NCBI RefSeq assembly: GCF_004010195.1
Contig: NC_057720.1
Span: forward strand, 22,837,206-22,863,370
Reading direction: 5' to 3'
DNA: 26,165 nt
Source: Chiloscyllium plagiosum
Lineage: Eukaryota
Position 1 is the stretch's first letter, and each line of letters opens with the position of its first letter. The position numbers and the translations under genes are program-made. The notes under the pieces are model-generated. The model worked only from the letters and a program-made list of their open reading frames with translations, was not told the origin of the DNA and ran no database searches. Positions 1-10,440 of the stretch are shown here, piece after piece.

Positions 1-870
1 GAGCTGCGTGAAGTCACCTCTTCTGACTCCTACATTACCTAATCAACTTTATTCTCTGACTAACTTGTGATCTGGTCTTATTATTTCCCCCCCTTCTCCA
101 AGTTGGCGACCCTTCCCTCTGTAAGTGCTGACATAAGGAAGATTCTGCTAAACTTGGATCTTGATGTTCCTTTCACTTTATCTGTTTTGCTTGGAACATC
201 TTCCATTGTTCATAGGTACATTCCATTCTTGAACATACGTTTTAACAACGTATCTTTTCGTGCCTAGTTTATGCGTTTCAGCTAGCTCAGCTATTTTGCT
301 GAGACTATTATTTAAAACATTATGATGAAAGAAATTATTTGCTTTAATAATTCTGCTCTAAAGTTAGTACTCAATTATCCACAATTATACATTAAAGATA
401 AAGACACATTTCCCTAATGCTTGCTTAACTGATATTTTTCTTGTACCCCTTTTCTGCACATACACACTCTTGCTTTTCTATTTCTGCAAAAACAACACAC
501 TTCCCCATTTCTTACACTGTTATGATTTTGTCACAACAATCCTCTTCTATTTCCTTGATCCATCAGCTCAGCTCATTTTGCTCTCCTCCTCCAATATTCT
601 TGTCCAATTCTCCTTTGCCCTTCTCTATAGGACAATGCTCACTTTGTTCCATTCATATATCCAACTTTAGGCAAAGCATTACTATGATGGCTTCCATTCC
701 TGACTTACACTGTGATCTCTGGAGTTCGCTAATCACTTGTTCTTGTGTTAATCGAACCAAGTCAGCAGGAATTAGCTAATGGAATGAAACCATGGTGTTG
801 GAACATCATTTTAAGACTAACTCCTGTTTTTGCAAGTCCCATAATGCTAAATGAAAAATAGGGATGGTTA

Positions 871-1121
871 AATATTTTGAATCAACCTATTTGGACATTT
901 ATGAAACATTTTCAGCATCAGTGGATCTTGAATCAATGACCTGCTGGCTCAGGGATAAGGATAACTACCAATGAACCACAAGAAATCCTAAGTAGGCAGA
1001 AGTAGATATTTTCTCATCAACTTGTTCAGAGATGTTATTACATAACTCTGGAACTGATGATACCTCAACCCAGGCCTCCCAACTTAGAGGAACAAACACT
1101 ACCACTACACTACAAGAGCTC
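871..1121 (-). mobile_element. Two tandem, diverged copies of a short (~115-120 bp) tRNA-derived SINE-like repeat
   Basis: 871..985 and 1003..1121 align with each other (atatttt..atcaac.t.tt / actacca.t..ac.acaaga). The minus strand begins with an A-box-like tcttgtagtgtagtggtagtg, followed by a B-box-like ggttga/gattcaa. Confidence 0.55.
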
Positions 1122-1384
1122 TAAAGTGGGGAGAATGCAGGGATAGGGAAGAGAATTGAGAATATTCCTGCTATAATCACCAGCAGTCCCAGTAGTGACC
1201 ATTAATTTGGCTGCTCACTTTAAAGGGCATGTTCATCTAATTCTACTTCACAATTGTAATCAGGGTTTTCTAATTGTTTAGCCTCCCATCTAGAAAAAGC
1301 CAGTATTCAGTTTGCCTAATTAGAGGCCTACTTAAACATTACACCAGATGAATTCTAGACATACAAAGGGGAGCTGTGGTTCCT

Positions 1385-1720
1385 TTTTTTTTATATTCAT
1401 TGTGGTCACTACTAGCCCTGGCCAACATTTATTGCTCGTTCCTAATTTCACAGAGGGTAGTTGATTATCAACTACGTTGCTGTTGGCCTAGAGTCACATG
1501 TAGATCAGACCAGGTAAAGATGACAGATTTCCTTTCCAATAGGATATTAGAGAACTAGATGAGTTTCTCCTGACAATCAGCAGTTGTTTTCTGGTCCCTA
1601 TTAGACAATTAATTCAAATTTAATTGCATTCAAATTCCACTACCTGTAATGATGAGATTTCAGCCAAAATTCCCAAAGTTTCCAGAATAAAAACAATAAT
1701 ATCAATAGGCTATTGCTTGC
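1385..1720 (-). mobile_element. Diverged tRNA-derived SINE, same family as 16533..16975
   Basis: The minus strand reads ...ggaaaggaaatctgtcatctttacctggtctgatctacatgtgactc...gagcaataaatgttggccagg...tgaatataaaaaaa. The core matches the + strand copy at 16720-16790 (aaggtatctgc...ggctacatgtgact...cactgcaatgtg). Confidence 0.65.
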
Positions 1721-1898
1721 TCACTTAATCTTTCTCTGCCTGTTGTTTATTTTGGAAAGGAAATGAGGCATCATTGCTGTCATCCTAAACCTTACACAGA
1801 AATTCAGCCAATAAGCTGGCTGGTGATACCTATGTCTTTAAAATAGGTGTCAGGGATGGTCTTAGAAATAAATTATCTAATATGCTTAGGTCCATTAC

Positions 1899-3430
1899 AT
1901 AGAGTCATAGTCATACAGATGTACTGCATGGAAACAGACCCTTCGGTCCAACCCATCCATGCCGACCCAATATCCCAACCCAATCTAGTCCCACCTACCA
2001 GCACCCGGCCCATATCCCTCCAAACCCTTCCTATTCATATACTCATCCAAATGCCTCTTAAATGTTGCAATTGTACCAGCCTCCACCACATCCTCTGGCA
2101 GCTCATTCCATACATGTACCACCCTCTGCGTGAAAATGTTGCCCCTTAGGTCTCTTTTATATCTTTTCCCTCTCATCCTAAACCTATGCCCTCCAGCTCT
2201 GGACTCTCTGACCCCAGGGAAAAGACTTTGCCTATTTATCCTATCCATGCACCTCATAATTTTGTACACCTCTATAAGGTCACCCCTCACCCACCGACGC
2301 TCCAGGGAAAACAGCCCCAGCCTGTTCAGACTCTCCCTGTAGCTCAGATCCTCCAACCCTGGCAACATCCTTGTAAATCTTTTCTGAACCCTTTCAAGTT
2401 TCACAACATCTTTCCGATAGGAAGGAGACCAGAATTGCATGCAATATTCCAACAGTGGCCTAACCAATGTCCTGTACAATCGCAACATGACCTCTCAACT
2501 CCTGTACTCAATACTCTGACCAATAAAGGAAAACATACCAAACGCCTTCTTCACTATCCTATCCACCTGCGACTCCACTTTCAAGGAGCTATGAACCTGC
2601 ACTCCAAGGTCTCTTTGTTCAGCAACACTCCCTAGGACCTTACGATTAAGAGTATAAGTCCTGCTAAGATTTGCTTTCCCAAAATGCAGCACCTCACATT
2701 TATCTGAATTAAACTCCATCTGNNNNNNNNNNNNNNNNNNNNNNNNNNNNNNNNNNNNNNNNNNNNNNNNNNNNNNNNNNNNNNNNNNNNNNNNNNNNNN
2801 NNNNNNNNNNNNNNNNNNNNNNNNNNNNNNNNNNNNNNNNNNNNNNNNNNNNNNNNNNNNNNNNNNNNNNNNNNNNNNNNNNNNNNNNNNNNNNNNNNNN
2901 NNNNNNNNNNNNNNNNNNNNNNNNNNNNNNNNNNNNNNNNNNNNNNNNNNNNNNNNNNNNNNNNNNNNNNNNNNNNNNNNNNNNNNNNNNNNNNNNNNNC
3001 AGTCCTTGCTTTTCCAAATACATGTACATCCTGTCTCTCAGGATTCCCTCCAACAACTTGCCCACCACTGAGGTCAGGCTCACTGGTCTATAGTTCCCTG
3101 GCTTGTCCTTACCACCCTTCTTAAACAGTGGCACCACATTTGCCAACCTCCAGTCTTCCGGCACCTCACCTGTGACTATCGATGATACAAATATCTCAGC
3201 AAATGGCCCAGCAATCACTGCTCTAGCTTCCCACAGAGTTCTCAGGTACACCTGATCAGATCGTGGGAATTTATCCACATTTCAAGACATCCAGCACTTC
3301 CTCCTCTGTAATCTGGACATTTTGCAAGATGTCACCATCTATTTCCCTACAGTCTATATCTTCCATATCCTTTTCCACAGTAAATACTGATGCAAAATAT
3401 TCATTTAGTATCTCCCCCATTTTCTGTGGC
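1899..3430 (-). mobile_element. CR1-clade LINE (HER1-like), 5'-truncated: RT domain, ORF2 C-terminus and 3' UTR
   Basis: ORFs 2709..3278 (PEDWRLANVVPLFKKGGKDKPGNYRPVSLTSVVGKLLE), 2495..2719 (MEFNSDKCEVLHFG) and 1985..2488 (LYRTLVRPLLEYCMQFWSP...RGDLIEVYKIM...FTQRVVHVWNELP). The 3' tail is (GACTCTAT)-like at ~1899-1915. The frame is broken by a stop, and the element spans the N gap. Confidence 0.95.
2723..2999. other. Assembly gap (277 N)
   Basis: A run of N inside the CR1 copy. Confidence 1.
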
Positions 3431-4667
3431 ATCAGTAGTCTTCCTGGAAAAAGTCATTCGTGCTCTGTAGATTGAATAATGTTAATTCCAATAGATCATA
3501 TCCAAAAATGCTTATAAAATGATTCTTTCTTGGTTGAAAGTTGGTGGCAAGAGAAAGAGATTGGAGTTCATGTTTTCTATCCTTGAATACTTTATCTGTA
3601 CAATTCATGTTAAATGCAGATGATCTTTTGGAAATGGAATAGAGATTGGATGCTACATGAGGAAGCTTAAAAATCAAAAAGTACTTCCAAGGAGCCAAGC
3701 CTCATTTACTCATCTTATCCTTCACTTCTACTGGAATATTTCTATGGCCTTGACTTTCCTGAATGCTTGTTGGAGTCATTGTGTGTAGCGAGTGAATCAA
3801 TATGAGGAAAGTAAAGCATTTTTATTATAAATAATCTGATACTTTCTCAAGAAATTTATTTCATCTTCTATTGTGCCGATCATGGCACTGCTTAATTTAT
3901 TACTATACATTTCAAGTCACCTGGGACCACAATTGAATCTTTTTCTTTGGCAGATTCTGTTATTTTCCCAGTCTGGACAGACAGTTCATTCTGCCCAGTT
4001 ATCTCGAACAGAACAATATTTATACAATAAAAATCTGCTGTAAAAAATAAACCTTTTAATTGTAACAATTTTTTTGCAAGTTATTGCTGTTCCTTCAATT
4101 TTGTATATTTTAAAAAAAAGCATAGACCAAACTGTGCAATCCAAGACAGTAATATTCACTTGGGCAGTAGTGCAAAAAGTGCAAGCACGATTTGATACTA
4201 GAAGAGAAGATGCATGAAATGTGAAATAGGTTGCCAGTTTGCTATTGCTATTTTTGTATACTACCCAAAGATTTCATAATGTTGCCATGCTTTAATCCAT
4301 TTTCTTCAAATATGTGATGTTGTCAGAGATAAACTATATCTTGTACAAACCCCATTTTATAGTAAAGCATCGATTACAAATAATTATTTATTGACCATGA
4401 ATTGATGCAAAAATAACAATGATCTACTCCATGGTCTCAGTCATTGGAAATGAAAACAATGAGGTATTACTGGCATAAAGTAATTCAATTTAGATCTCTC
4501 ACCCTCTGAATAAAGACTCCACACCCTCTCAATACTGCTTCTTAATAACAAAAACCTTTCCGTGTGGGACACATTGCCATAAATGGAATTTCTACCAATA
4601 TACGTATTTTATATCATCGCTTTCAAGGTTGCCCATTTTACATCTTAAATGGTTTCTGGAGATTGTT

Positions 4668-5088
4668 AGTTTTGGCTCAGTGATAGCTCTCATGCAAAAA
4701 TCTTTGTATTCAAACTCCACTCCAAGAGGTGAGCACTTTATCTAGCTTGGCATTCTACTCTGGCATGTGTGAAGTACTGCATTGTCAGAGGTGTTTCAGA
4801 TGAAGTGCTAAATACAGTACTAAAGATAAATTGCTAAATCTACATGCTTGATCAAGTGGATGTAATAGTTGCCATAACACTATTTAAAGATCAGGCAAAT
4901 TCTCTTGGTTTTGGGGCCAACATTTATCCCTTTGTTTATACTATCAAAAATAAACAAACTAGACTCTCTTGTCTCTAACATTTAGTATCCCTCATAGCAT
5001 GAAAATTAGTTCCTGTAATTAACAAGAAACCGACCGTCACCATAATTCTCAAAGTAACTAATTAGGTGTAAACTTCTGAGAATGTAGT
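4668..5088 (+). mobile_element. Diverged Deu-domain SINE (SacSINE1/AmnSINE1-like)
   Basis: tRNA-like head (tggctcagtgatagc...ttcaaactccactcca). It is followed by Deu-like blocks gcattgtcagaggtg, caagtggatgtaa, cactatttaaaga, ggccaacatttatccct and a 3' caaagtaactaattaggtgtaaa, as recalled from the DeuSINE consensus. Confidence 0.65.
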
Positions 5089-5525
5089 TGTGATTGTAAC
5101 AAGTTCAGCCAGGTGGACCTCATAGAATACAAGTTCCCTGTTTGGGCTGTTACCTGGTCCAATCAGGGAGCCCTTGCAGACAGACAGATATAAGCAGGAG
5201 TGTCAGAGGTTCTGTTCACTCTGAGAACTGGCTTTGAGGAATCTGGATCAGTGTCAAGAGCTTTCCACATGTAAACAAAGGGTGACTTGGAGATGGGGAT
5301 ACAATCAGTTCTGCTCTCGTGTAACCCTGTGTTATAAGAAAATCATGAACTAGCAGCATTATTTAAACTAATGGGGCCATAATCACTTTATAACCAATGA
5401 ATGGTTTAAAACCTCAAGCTTTAGAAACAGTAACCCCAATTCATTATTCAAATTTTAGTGATCTCATGTTAATGAAATGCGTGTTATAGCAGAATGGCCT
5501 GTACCAGCCATTGTGGAATTATTCA
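5089..5525 (+). mobile_element. Solo LTR-like element interrupted by a MITE
   Basis: Starts TG (tgtgattgtaac) and ends CA (aattattca). It contains CCAAT (ccaatcag ~5159), a TATA-like atataa (~5188) and a degenerate polyA signal (gtaaacaaa ~5271). No clear TSD. Confidence 0.5.
5302..5501. mobile_element. 200-bp Tc1/mariner (Tigger/pogo-like) MITE
   Basis: TA at 5300-5301 and at 5502-5503. Imperfect TIRs: caatcagttctgct on the left versus the reverse complement of the right end, caggccattctgct. Confidence 0.7.
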
Positions 5526-5799
5526 GTGAGTTATATTGACATTTCAACCAGCTGAAATAAACCTCTGTTTAACATGCAAAGCTAGCAGTAAATTGTAAAC
5601 CTTATTCACATTTGACTGATTCATTAGTGTTGTTGATTTTAATCGGTTAATGTAAACATAAATACTGCAAGTTGCAGAGGAAGAGCCCACATGCTTTTTT
5701 GTCTGTATCTCCAAGCAAGAAGATTATCTTGAGTGATGGCTTCCCAAAATAAAGGAAAAAAAAGGCTTATCTTTAAGTAAAGAATTTGACAGCATCAGA

Positions 5800-6085
5800 A
5801 ATTCCAAAAGTAGTTCACTGTCAATGAAACACTTTTGGATTGCAGTCACGAATAAATGTAGGTAACATGGTGACCAATCTATGTGCAGCAAAAATCAGAT
5901 AATCTGTTTTTGGTGTTTTAACATCACCTCCAAAAGACTATAGCAACTTACAAAGCCGTGTCCCCTCAGTACTGCAGTTACATAACAATCTATATTTTGT
6001 GCTCCAGCTTATAAAATGGGATGTAAACTCCATCTTTCTGATTCAAAGTTAAAATGCTATCCACTAGGGTACAGCTGACACCTGA
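5800..6085 (-). mobile_element. Diverged, internally deleted Deu-domain SINE
   Basis: The minus strand has a head aggtgtcagctgtaccctagtggatagca, then gcagtactgagggg, acagattatctga, and cctacatttattcgtgactgcaatccaaaagtgtttcattgacagtgaa, resembling the DeuSINE body and 3' end. Confidence 0.6.
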
Positions 6086-7650
6086 AAAACGTACCTCATG
6101 AGGTTTTATGTCTTAACGTATCTTGGACTTTAAAGCAGGTGGATAATTCTACATAACTGCAATCCTAAACTTTGTAAAGATACTACAATGTATAGAACTA
6201 AAGGGTTTATGTTTTAGACATTCTGTCCCACCAGTTAGTGTATCTACTTAATGCTGAAGCCACACCACCTCATCTCACATGTTGAATCCCACTGTTGCTT
6301 TACAAATCAGATGTGAATTTTTTAGTGCCCCCAATTGAATCTGTTAAATGGGTGACTCCACTAAATCAATATCCATTAAATTGGCATTCAACAGCAGTCT
6401 GTCAACCTAAGAGAGCAGATGAGGACATTGATGGCTTTAGCTTTCCATTGAGTCTCTTCATCTGATTCTCTGTGCTATTTGCTGAATTAAAGTTCTGATG
6501 CGTTATTATTTGAAACTCAGCTCTACTTTAAAATGAAAGGGAACTTCTGCCTGCACCAGCTGACGAAATTATATGTGAGACAACAATAGAAGCTGAGTAA
6601 TTTTCAGGTATATTTGATCATTGAAACCGTATGTAAGAATGTGAAACAAAATTATTCCACATAAGTGTATACTTTTAGCTTATTTACTATGCAGGATCAC
6701 ATTTAATGTTTTGCAGCAGAATATTTTTACTGCCGCTAATGGCAATGCACAAGTAATATATGATGAAAAACAAATTAGAGGTCTAATAAAGCTTTTAAGA
6801 CACATTTCTGGAAATGAAATGAGTTGTGCATTTTAATCTATAAATGAATTGCTGCAAGACAGAAAGTTTGAAATGATTGAGCCTAATATTGGACTTAGCA
6901 CTCAAACTGATGATCACTAACTAGCCTTGAACTGTTCACCTTAGATTGACAAATATCACGTTAGCTGTACAACAGGAAATTGATGCTTAACTATTCCACC
7001 TTTTACTTCTATTCTATTCATACTCAAATCTGTTAGTCTCAATAGCTACAGAAGATAGGGAAGAAGTTTTACTTTACATTCTTCAAGAATGTCATTCATC
7101 TTACTTATCGAAGTGTTTTGAATCAGAGCAGTCACATTTACAATCCATTCCACAGAGATCTTTTCAATGTTCAGTTGGACTCTAGGGGGTGCATAAAATA
7201 GTGCAGGTTCATTCAGCTTCTCAGCCAATTTCATTCCGTGAAAATGTTGCTTTTTCAAACTAATTCTTTATCGTTGTGATGCCAAGATGATTTAAAACCG
7301 AAAACGCTTTGCAAAGTGGAGGAAAATATTAACTAGCCTTTGATGTCCTTGGAATAACTGCACTTCAAATTAGTTTCTATTGAAAATGCTCACAGCCACC
7401 TTCCATCATTTTATTGTTATGGAAACAGAGGGGCAATTGAATGGACCAGTATTCACTGTCAGATAATCAAATAGATAACGGCACAATTAATGTAGTGTTA
7501 AACTGTACAGAGCAAAGTGAAATTAATTCCATTTCTGGAGTTGTCACAGGACTACATCTGGCTTTAGCATTCTGGACTGGGTTGGCAGTGAACAAGAAAG
7601 TAGGCCTGAGGCCAAAATCAAAACAGCCATGATCTTATAAATAAATGGAG

Positions 7651-7842
7651 AAGGTCAGAAGTCACAGGACACCAGATTATAGTCCAACAGGTTTATTTGA
7701 AAACACAAGCTTTTGGAGTGTCACCTGATGAAGGAGCAGTGTTATGAAAGCTTGTGATTTCAGATAAACCAGTTGGAATCTAACTTGGTGTTGTGTGACT
7801 TCTGAACTTGTCCAGCCCAGACTAACATCTGCACCTCTATGA
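7651..7842 (+). mobile_element. Penelope-like terminal-repeat fold-back with a one-sided tail
   Basis: 7651..7720 is an imperfect reverse complement of 7740..7809 (tcagaagtcaca...aaca.gtttat.tgaaa.cacaagcttt). A ~30-nt extension follows at 7810..7842. The centre holds a hammerhead core. Confidence 0.75.
7721..7757 (+). ncRNA. Minimal type I hammerhead ribozyme motif with decayed stem II
   Basis: tcac-CTGATGA-a-ggagc.agt.gttat-GAAA-g-CTT-gtga. Stem I is tcac/gtga, stem III is the palindrome aagctt, and the cleavage triplet is CUU. Confidence 0.7.
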
Positions 7843-7915
7843 GATGATGGAGCTCAAAGGAGCTTATGGCTTTCTCATGTTCCTATTTTTGCTATTATCT
7901 TATGTCTTGTTACAG

Positions 7916-7979
7916 GAAGTGCCTGGAAGAAATTTCGATACCCTTTCCATCCTGGAAGGGAGCATTTTAGTTACCATGA
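7916..7979 (+). CDS. Candidate internal exon (64 nt) of an unidentified host gene
   Basis: Pyrimidine tract plus ttacAG acceptor (7914-7915) and GTaagg donor (7980-7985). Two frames are open: SAWKKFRYPFHPGREHFSYH (phase 1 to 2) and EVPGRNFDTLSILEGSILVTM. It does not resemble any repeat I recognise, and I do not recognise the protein. Confidence 0.5.
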
Positions 7980-8587
7980 GTAAGGAAAGCATTAATGTTG
8001 CGCTGAGAAGCATCCTGCAGAGCTTCTTTGCACTAAATCCTTTTTCCATCTTTTCACTGCCATAATATCCTTTGTATGCTGCATGACAACCTGCAGTTGC
8101 AAACATAGCTAGCCATTTTTCACACTTCTCTCTTCACACTAAAAGCTAAGTCTTGTTCATCTCTTTTATTTCAGGTGTTGAAAATGTTGAATGATTTCTG
8201 TCACTTTAGGAAAATGTATTATTTAATCTGGCTCTTCTAAGCACCAGTTCAGAGTCTGAAATTTTGCCTTCTTTGGCAGGTAGGGTAGACGAAATAATAT
8301 CATATAGTGAATCACTCATCATAATATTTAGGAAGTCGTGCAGTGGGTCAGAACACCACAGATGGCAACTTGCTGGATGGAGAGATAATATCCTCCTCCT
8401 GCTATAAAAAAAAATCAAATACCTACTTTGAGGACCCAGTCTATTAAAGAAGACTGAAGAGGATTTAAAACTGGATATGATTGGTTACTGAACAACTTGC
8501 CTGGAAGCTCATGAGTAATGATTGATAGTGTAGCCCCAGTTTGAGCAAAGGCTTTATACAGAATATAGGAACTAATCTAAAATCAAT

Positions 8588-9072
8588 CAAAGAACTACAG
8601 GTACTAAAAATCTGAAATAAAAAACAAAATTTACTGGAAAACTTAGCAGACCTGGTAGCATCTGTGGAAGGAAAGCAGAGTTAATGTTTTGAGTACTGAA
8701 GATCCTGAAATTCACCCAAGATGCTCAGATAGCACCTTCCAAATCCATGACCACTTCCATCTACAAGGACAAGGGCAACAGATACATGGGAACAATATCA
8801 CCTGCATGTTGTCCTCCAAGCCACTCACTATTCTGACTTGGAAATATATTGACATTCCTTCACTGTCACTGGGTCAAAATCCTGTAATTCCCTCTTTAAT
8901 GGCATTGTGGGTCAACCCACAGCAAGTGGACTGCAGTGGTTCAAGAAGGTAGCTCACCACCATCTTCTCATGGGCAACTGGGGATGGGCAATAAATGCTG
9001 GCCAGCCAGCAATGCCAACAAATGAATTTATAAAGGGGTCACTGCACTCAAAACATTCACTCTGCTTTCTCG
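8588..9072 (-). mobile_element. Decayed PLE-type inverted terminal repeat (different family) split by a LINE fragment
   Basis: gaaagcagagttaatgttttgagt (8671..8694) is the reverse complement of actcaaaacattcactctgctttc (9046..9069) at 23/24 positions. The left arm extends to ~8588 (minus strand: ccacagatgctaccaggtctgctaag...). The hammerhead GAAAC appears CpG-decayed to aaaac. Confidence 0.55.
8725..9030 (+). mobile_element. 3' end of a CR1/L2-group LINE
   Basis: tcaaaatcctgtaattccctc (WNSLP-like codons, mutated), cagtggttcaagaaggtagctcaccaccatcttctc (QWFKKVAHHHLL), then gggcaactggggatgggcaataaatgctggcc and a tgaat tail. Confidence 0.7.
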
Positions 9073-9496
9073 ACATGGGAACCATTCTGTCCAACTTGGA
9101 GTTAGTAGGGAGCACAATGAACATGTCAATGGTACTTGCCATGGCACATACTCTGCAAATGGCTTCCAGGGAATGCACACTGCTGTCATATGAGAAAAGG
9201 TGATGATATTTTAGTTGTGGAGACAAATGTTAATGGGAATTGCCTCAGAGGTATCAGATCTTGGATGTATGAGAAAGAACCTGTTGTCCCAAATGAGGAA
9301 ACTCACTTGTCTGTACTCCCAGCAGGTGCTGGCAGTAATGCCCTGGTTACTCACACACTCACACAGCCCAAATCGAGATGATGCAGTCAGTAGCGTGCTC
9401 GATGTCGACCACCTCAGAATCTCCCCTGCCTTCAGTGAAAACTCAGCTGTCTTCCTACATCCACTTTGCAACTTACAATCACGTGGTAAAATTTTT

Positions 9497-9812
9497 GGGT
9501 GGCACGTTGGCTCAATGGTTAGCACTGCTGCCTCACAGCACCAGGGTCCCAGGTTTGATTCCAGCCTCGGGCGACTGTCTGTGTTGAGTTCGCACATTCT
9601 CCCTGTGTCTGCGTGGGTTTGCTCTGGGGGCTCTGGTTTCCTCCCACAGTCCAAAGATGTGCAGGTCAGGTGAATTGGCCATGCTAAATTGTCCATAGTG
9701 TTAGGTACATTAGTCAGAGGGAAATGGGTCTGGGTTACTCTTCGGAGGGTCAGTGTGGACTTGTTGGGTTGAAGGGCCTGTTTCCACACTGTAGAGAATC
9801 TAATCTAATCTA
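9497..9812 (+). mobile_element. HE1 SINE (V-SINE superfamily), full length
   Basis: A box tggctcaatggtt, B box ggtttgattcc, V domain ctctggtttcctcccacagtccaaagatgtgcagg, CR1-like 3' end and (AATCT)3 tail. Confidence 0.92.
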
Positions 9813-9902
9813 AAAACTAGAATAAGTTCAAAGTTTGTGAGAAGATTTGTAGCTCGGGTGCTCGTTGCTGTGGTTCTGTTCGCCGAGCTGGAAGTTTTTG
9901 TT

Positions 9903-9942
9903 GCAAACGTTTCGTCCCCTGTCTAGGTGACATCCTCAGTGC
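9903..9942 (-). ncRNA. Minimal type I hammerhead ribozyme motif
   Basis: Minus strand: gca-CTGAGGA-t-gtcacct.agac.aggggac-GAAA-c-GTT-tgc. Stem I is gca/tgc, stem II has 6 of 7 pairs closed by G-C, stem III is the palindrome aacgtt, and the triplet is GUU. Confidence 0.8.
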
Positions 9943-10225
9943 TTGGGAGCCTCCTGTGAAGCGCTTCTGTGGTGTTTCCTCCGGCATTTATAGTGGCCTG
10001 TCCCTGCCGCTTCCGGTTGTCAGTTTCAGCTGTCCGCTGTAGTGGCCTGTATATTGGGTCCAGGTCTAGCTGTAGTGGCCGGTATATTGGGTCCAGGTCT
10101 AGACCTGGACCCAATATACCGGCCACTACAGCGGACAGCTGAAACTGACAACCAGAAGCGGCATGGACAGACCACTATAAATGCCGGAGGAAACACCACA
10201 GAAGCGCTTCACAGGAGGCTCCAAA

Positions 10226-10265
10226 GCACTGAGGATGTCACCTAGACAGGGGATGAAACGTTTGC
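10226..10265 (+). ncRNA. Minimal type I hammerhead ribozyme motif (mirror copy)
   Basis: gca-CTGAGGA-t-gtcacct.agac.aggggat-GAAA-c-GTT-tgc. It is identical to the minus copy except for C>T just before GAAA, giving a G-U closing pair. Confidence 0.75.
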
Positions 10266-10440
10266 AACAAAAACTTCCAGCTCGGAGAACAGAACCACAG
10301 CAACTAGAATAAGTAAATGCACAAATAAGACAGTACAAAAGGATTGAATAAGGCTGATTCTTAATTATTCCTGGTAAATTTCAATTTCGATGGATCGATG
10401 CTGCATGTTTGACAACTGTTCTGATTTGTTGTTTGACTTG

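Larger units (their letters stand above)
7585..7905 (+). mobile_element. Old CR1 3' UTR remnant split by a PLE-type insertion
   Basis: cagccatgatcttat...aatggag on the left resumes as gctcaaaggagcttatggctttctcatgttcctattttt on the right. It resembles the reverse complement of the CR1 3' end at 14036-14100. Confidence 0.55.
9828..10304. mobile_element. Penelope-like element fold-back: spacer-less palindrome with 36-nt tail and TSD
   Basis: Arms 9864..10100 and 10101..10304 meet at ggtct|agacc. The left arm has a 33-bp tandem duplication (10036..10068 / 10069..10101). There is a one-sided tail at 9828..9863 and a direct repeat aactagaataagt at 9815..9827 and 10302..10314. It encodes LDLDPIYRPLQ, resembling PLE ORF C-termini. 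Confidence 0.88.

Noticed and set aside
67..779. Short ORFs at the window start
   Set aside because: Pyrimidine-biased low-complexity translations with no motifs or convincing splice signals.
2709..3278. 189-aa continuous ORF
   Set aside because: It reads through Ns. The homologous interval in the copy at ~13230..13706 is about 475 bp, so the 277-N gap is probably undersized and the frame is not meaningful.
8660..9072. Additional functional hammerhead
   Set aside because: There is no intact CUGAnGA and GAAAC is mutated on both arms.
9075..9480. GC-richer stretch with overlapping short ORFs
   Set aside because: No recognisable domain. It may be old transposon sequence, but that cannot be supported.
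9497..9570. tRNA gene
   Set aside because: The A/B boxes are the SINE head. It continues into the V domain, and no acceptor stem closes.
9211..9789. 192-aa ORF, and similar ORFs at 21649..22080 and 23005..23262
   Set aside because: They are antisense read-through of HE1 SINEs, which explains the shared NLAWPIHL peptide.
10036..10133. 33-bp repeats as a CRISPR array
   Set aside because: There are no spacers, the third copy is inverted, there are no cas genes and the context is vertebrate.
9923..10338. ORFs with repeated AGILGPGL / DLDPIYRPLQ peptides
   Set aside because: These are by-products of the palindrome and its 33-bp duplication, not genes.
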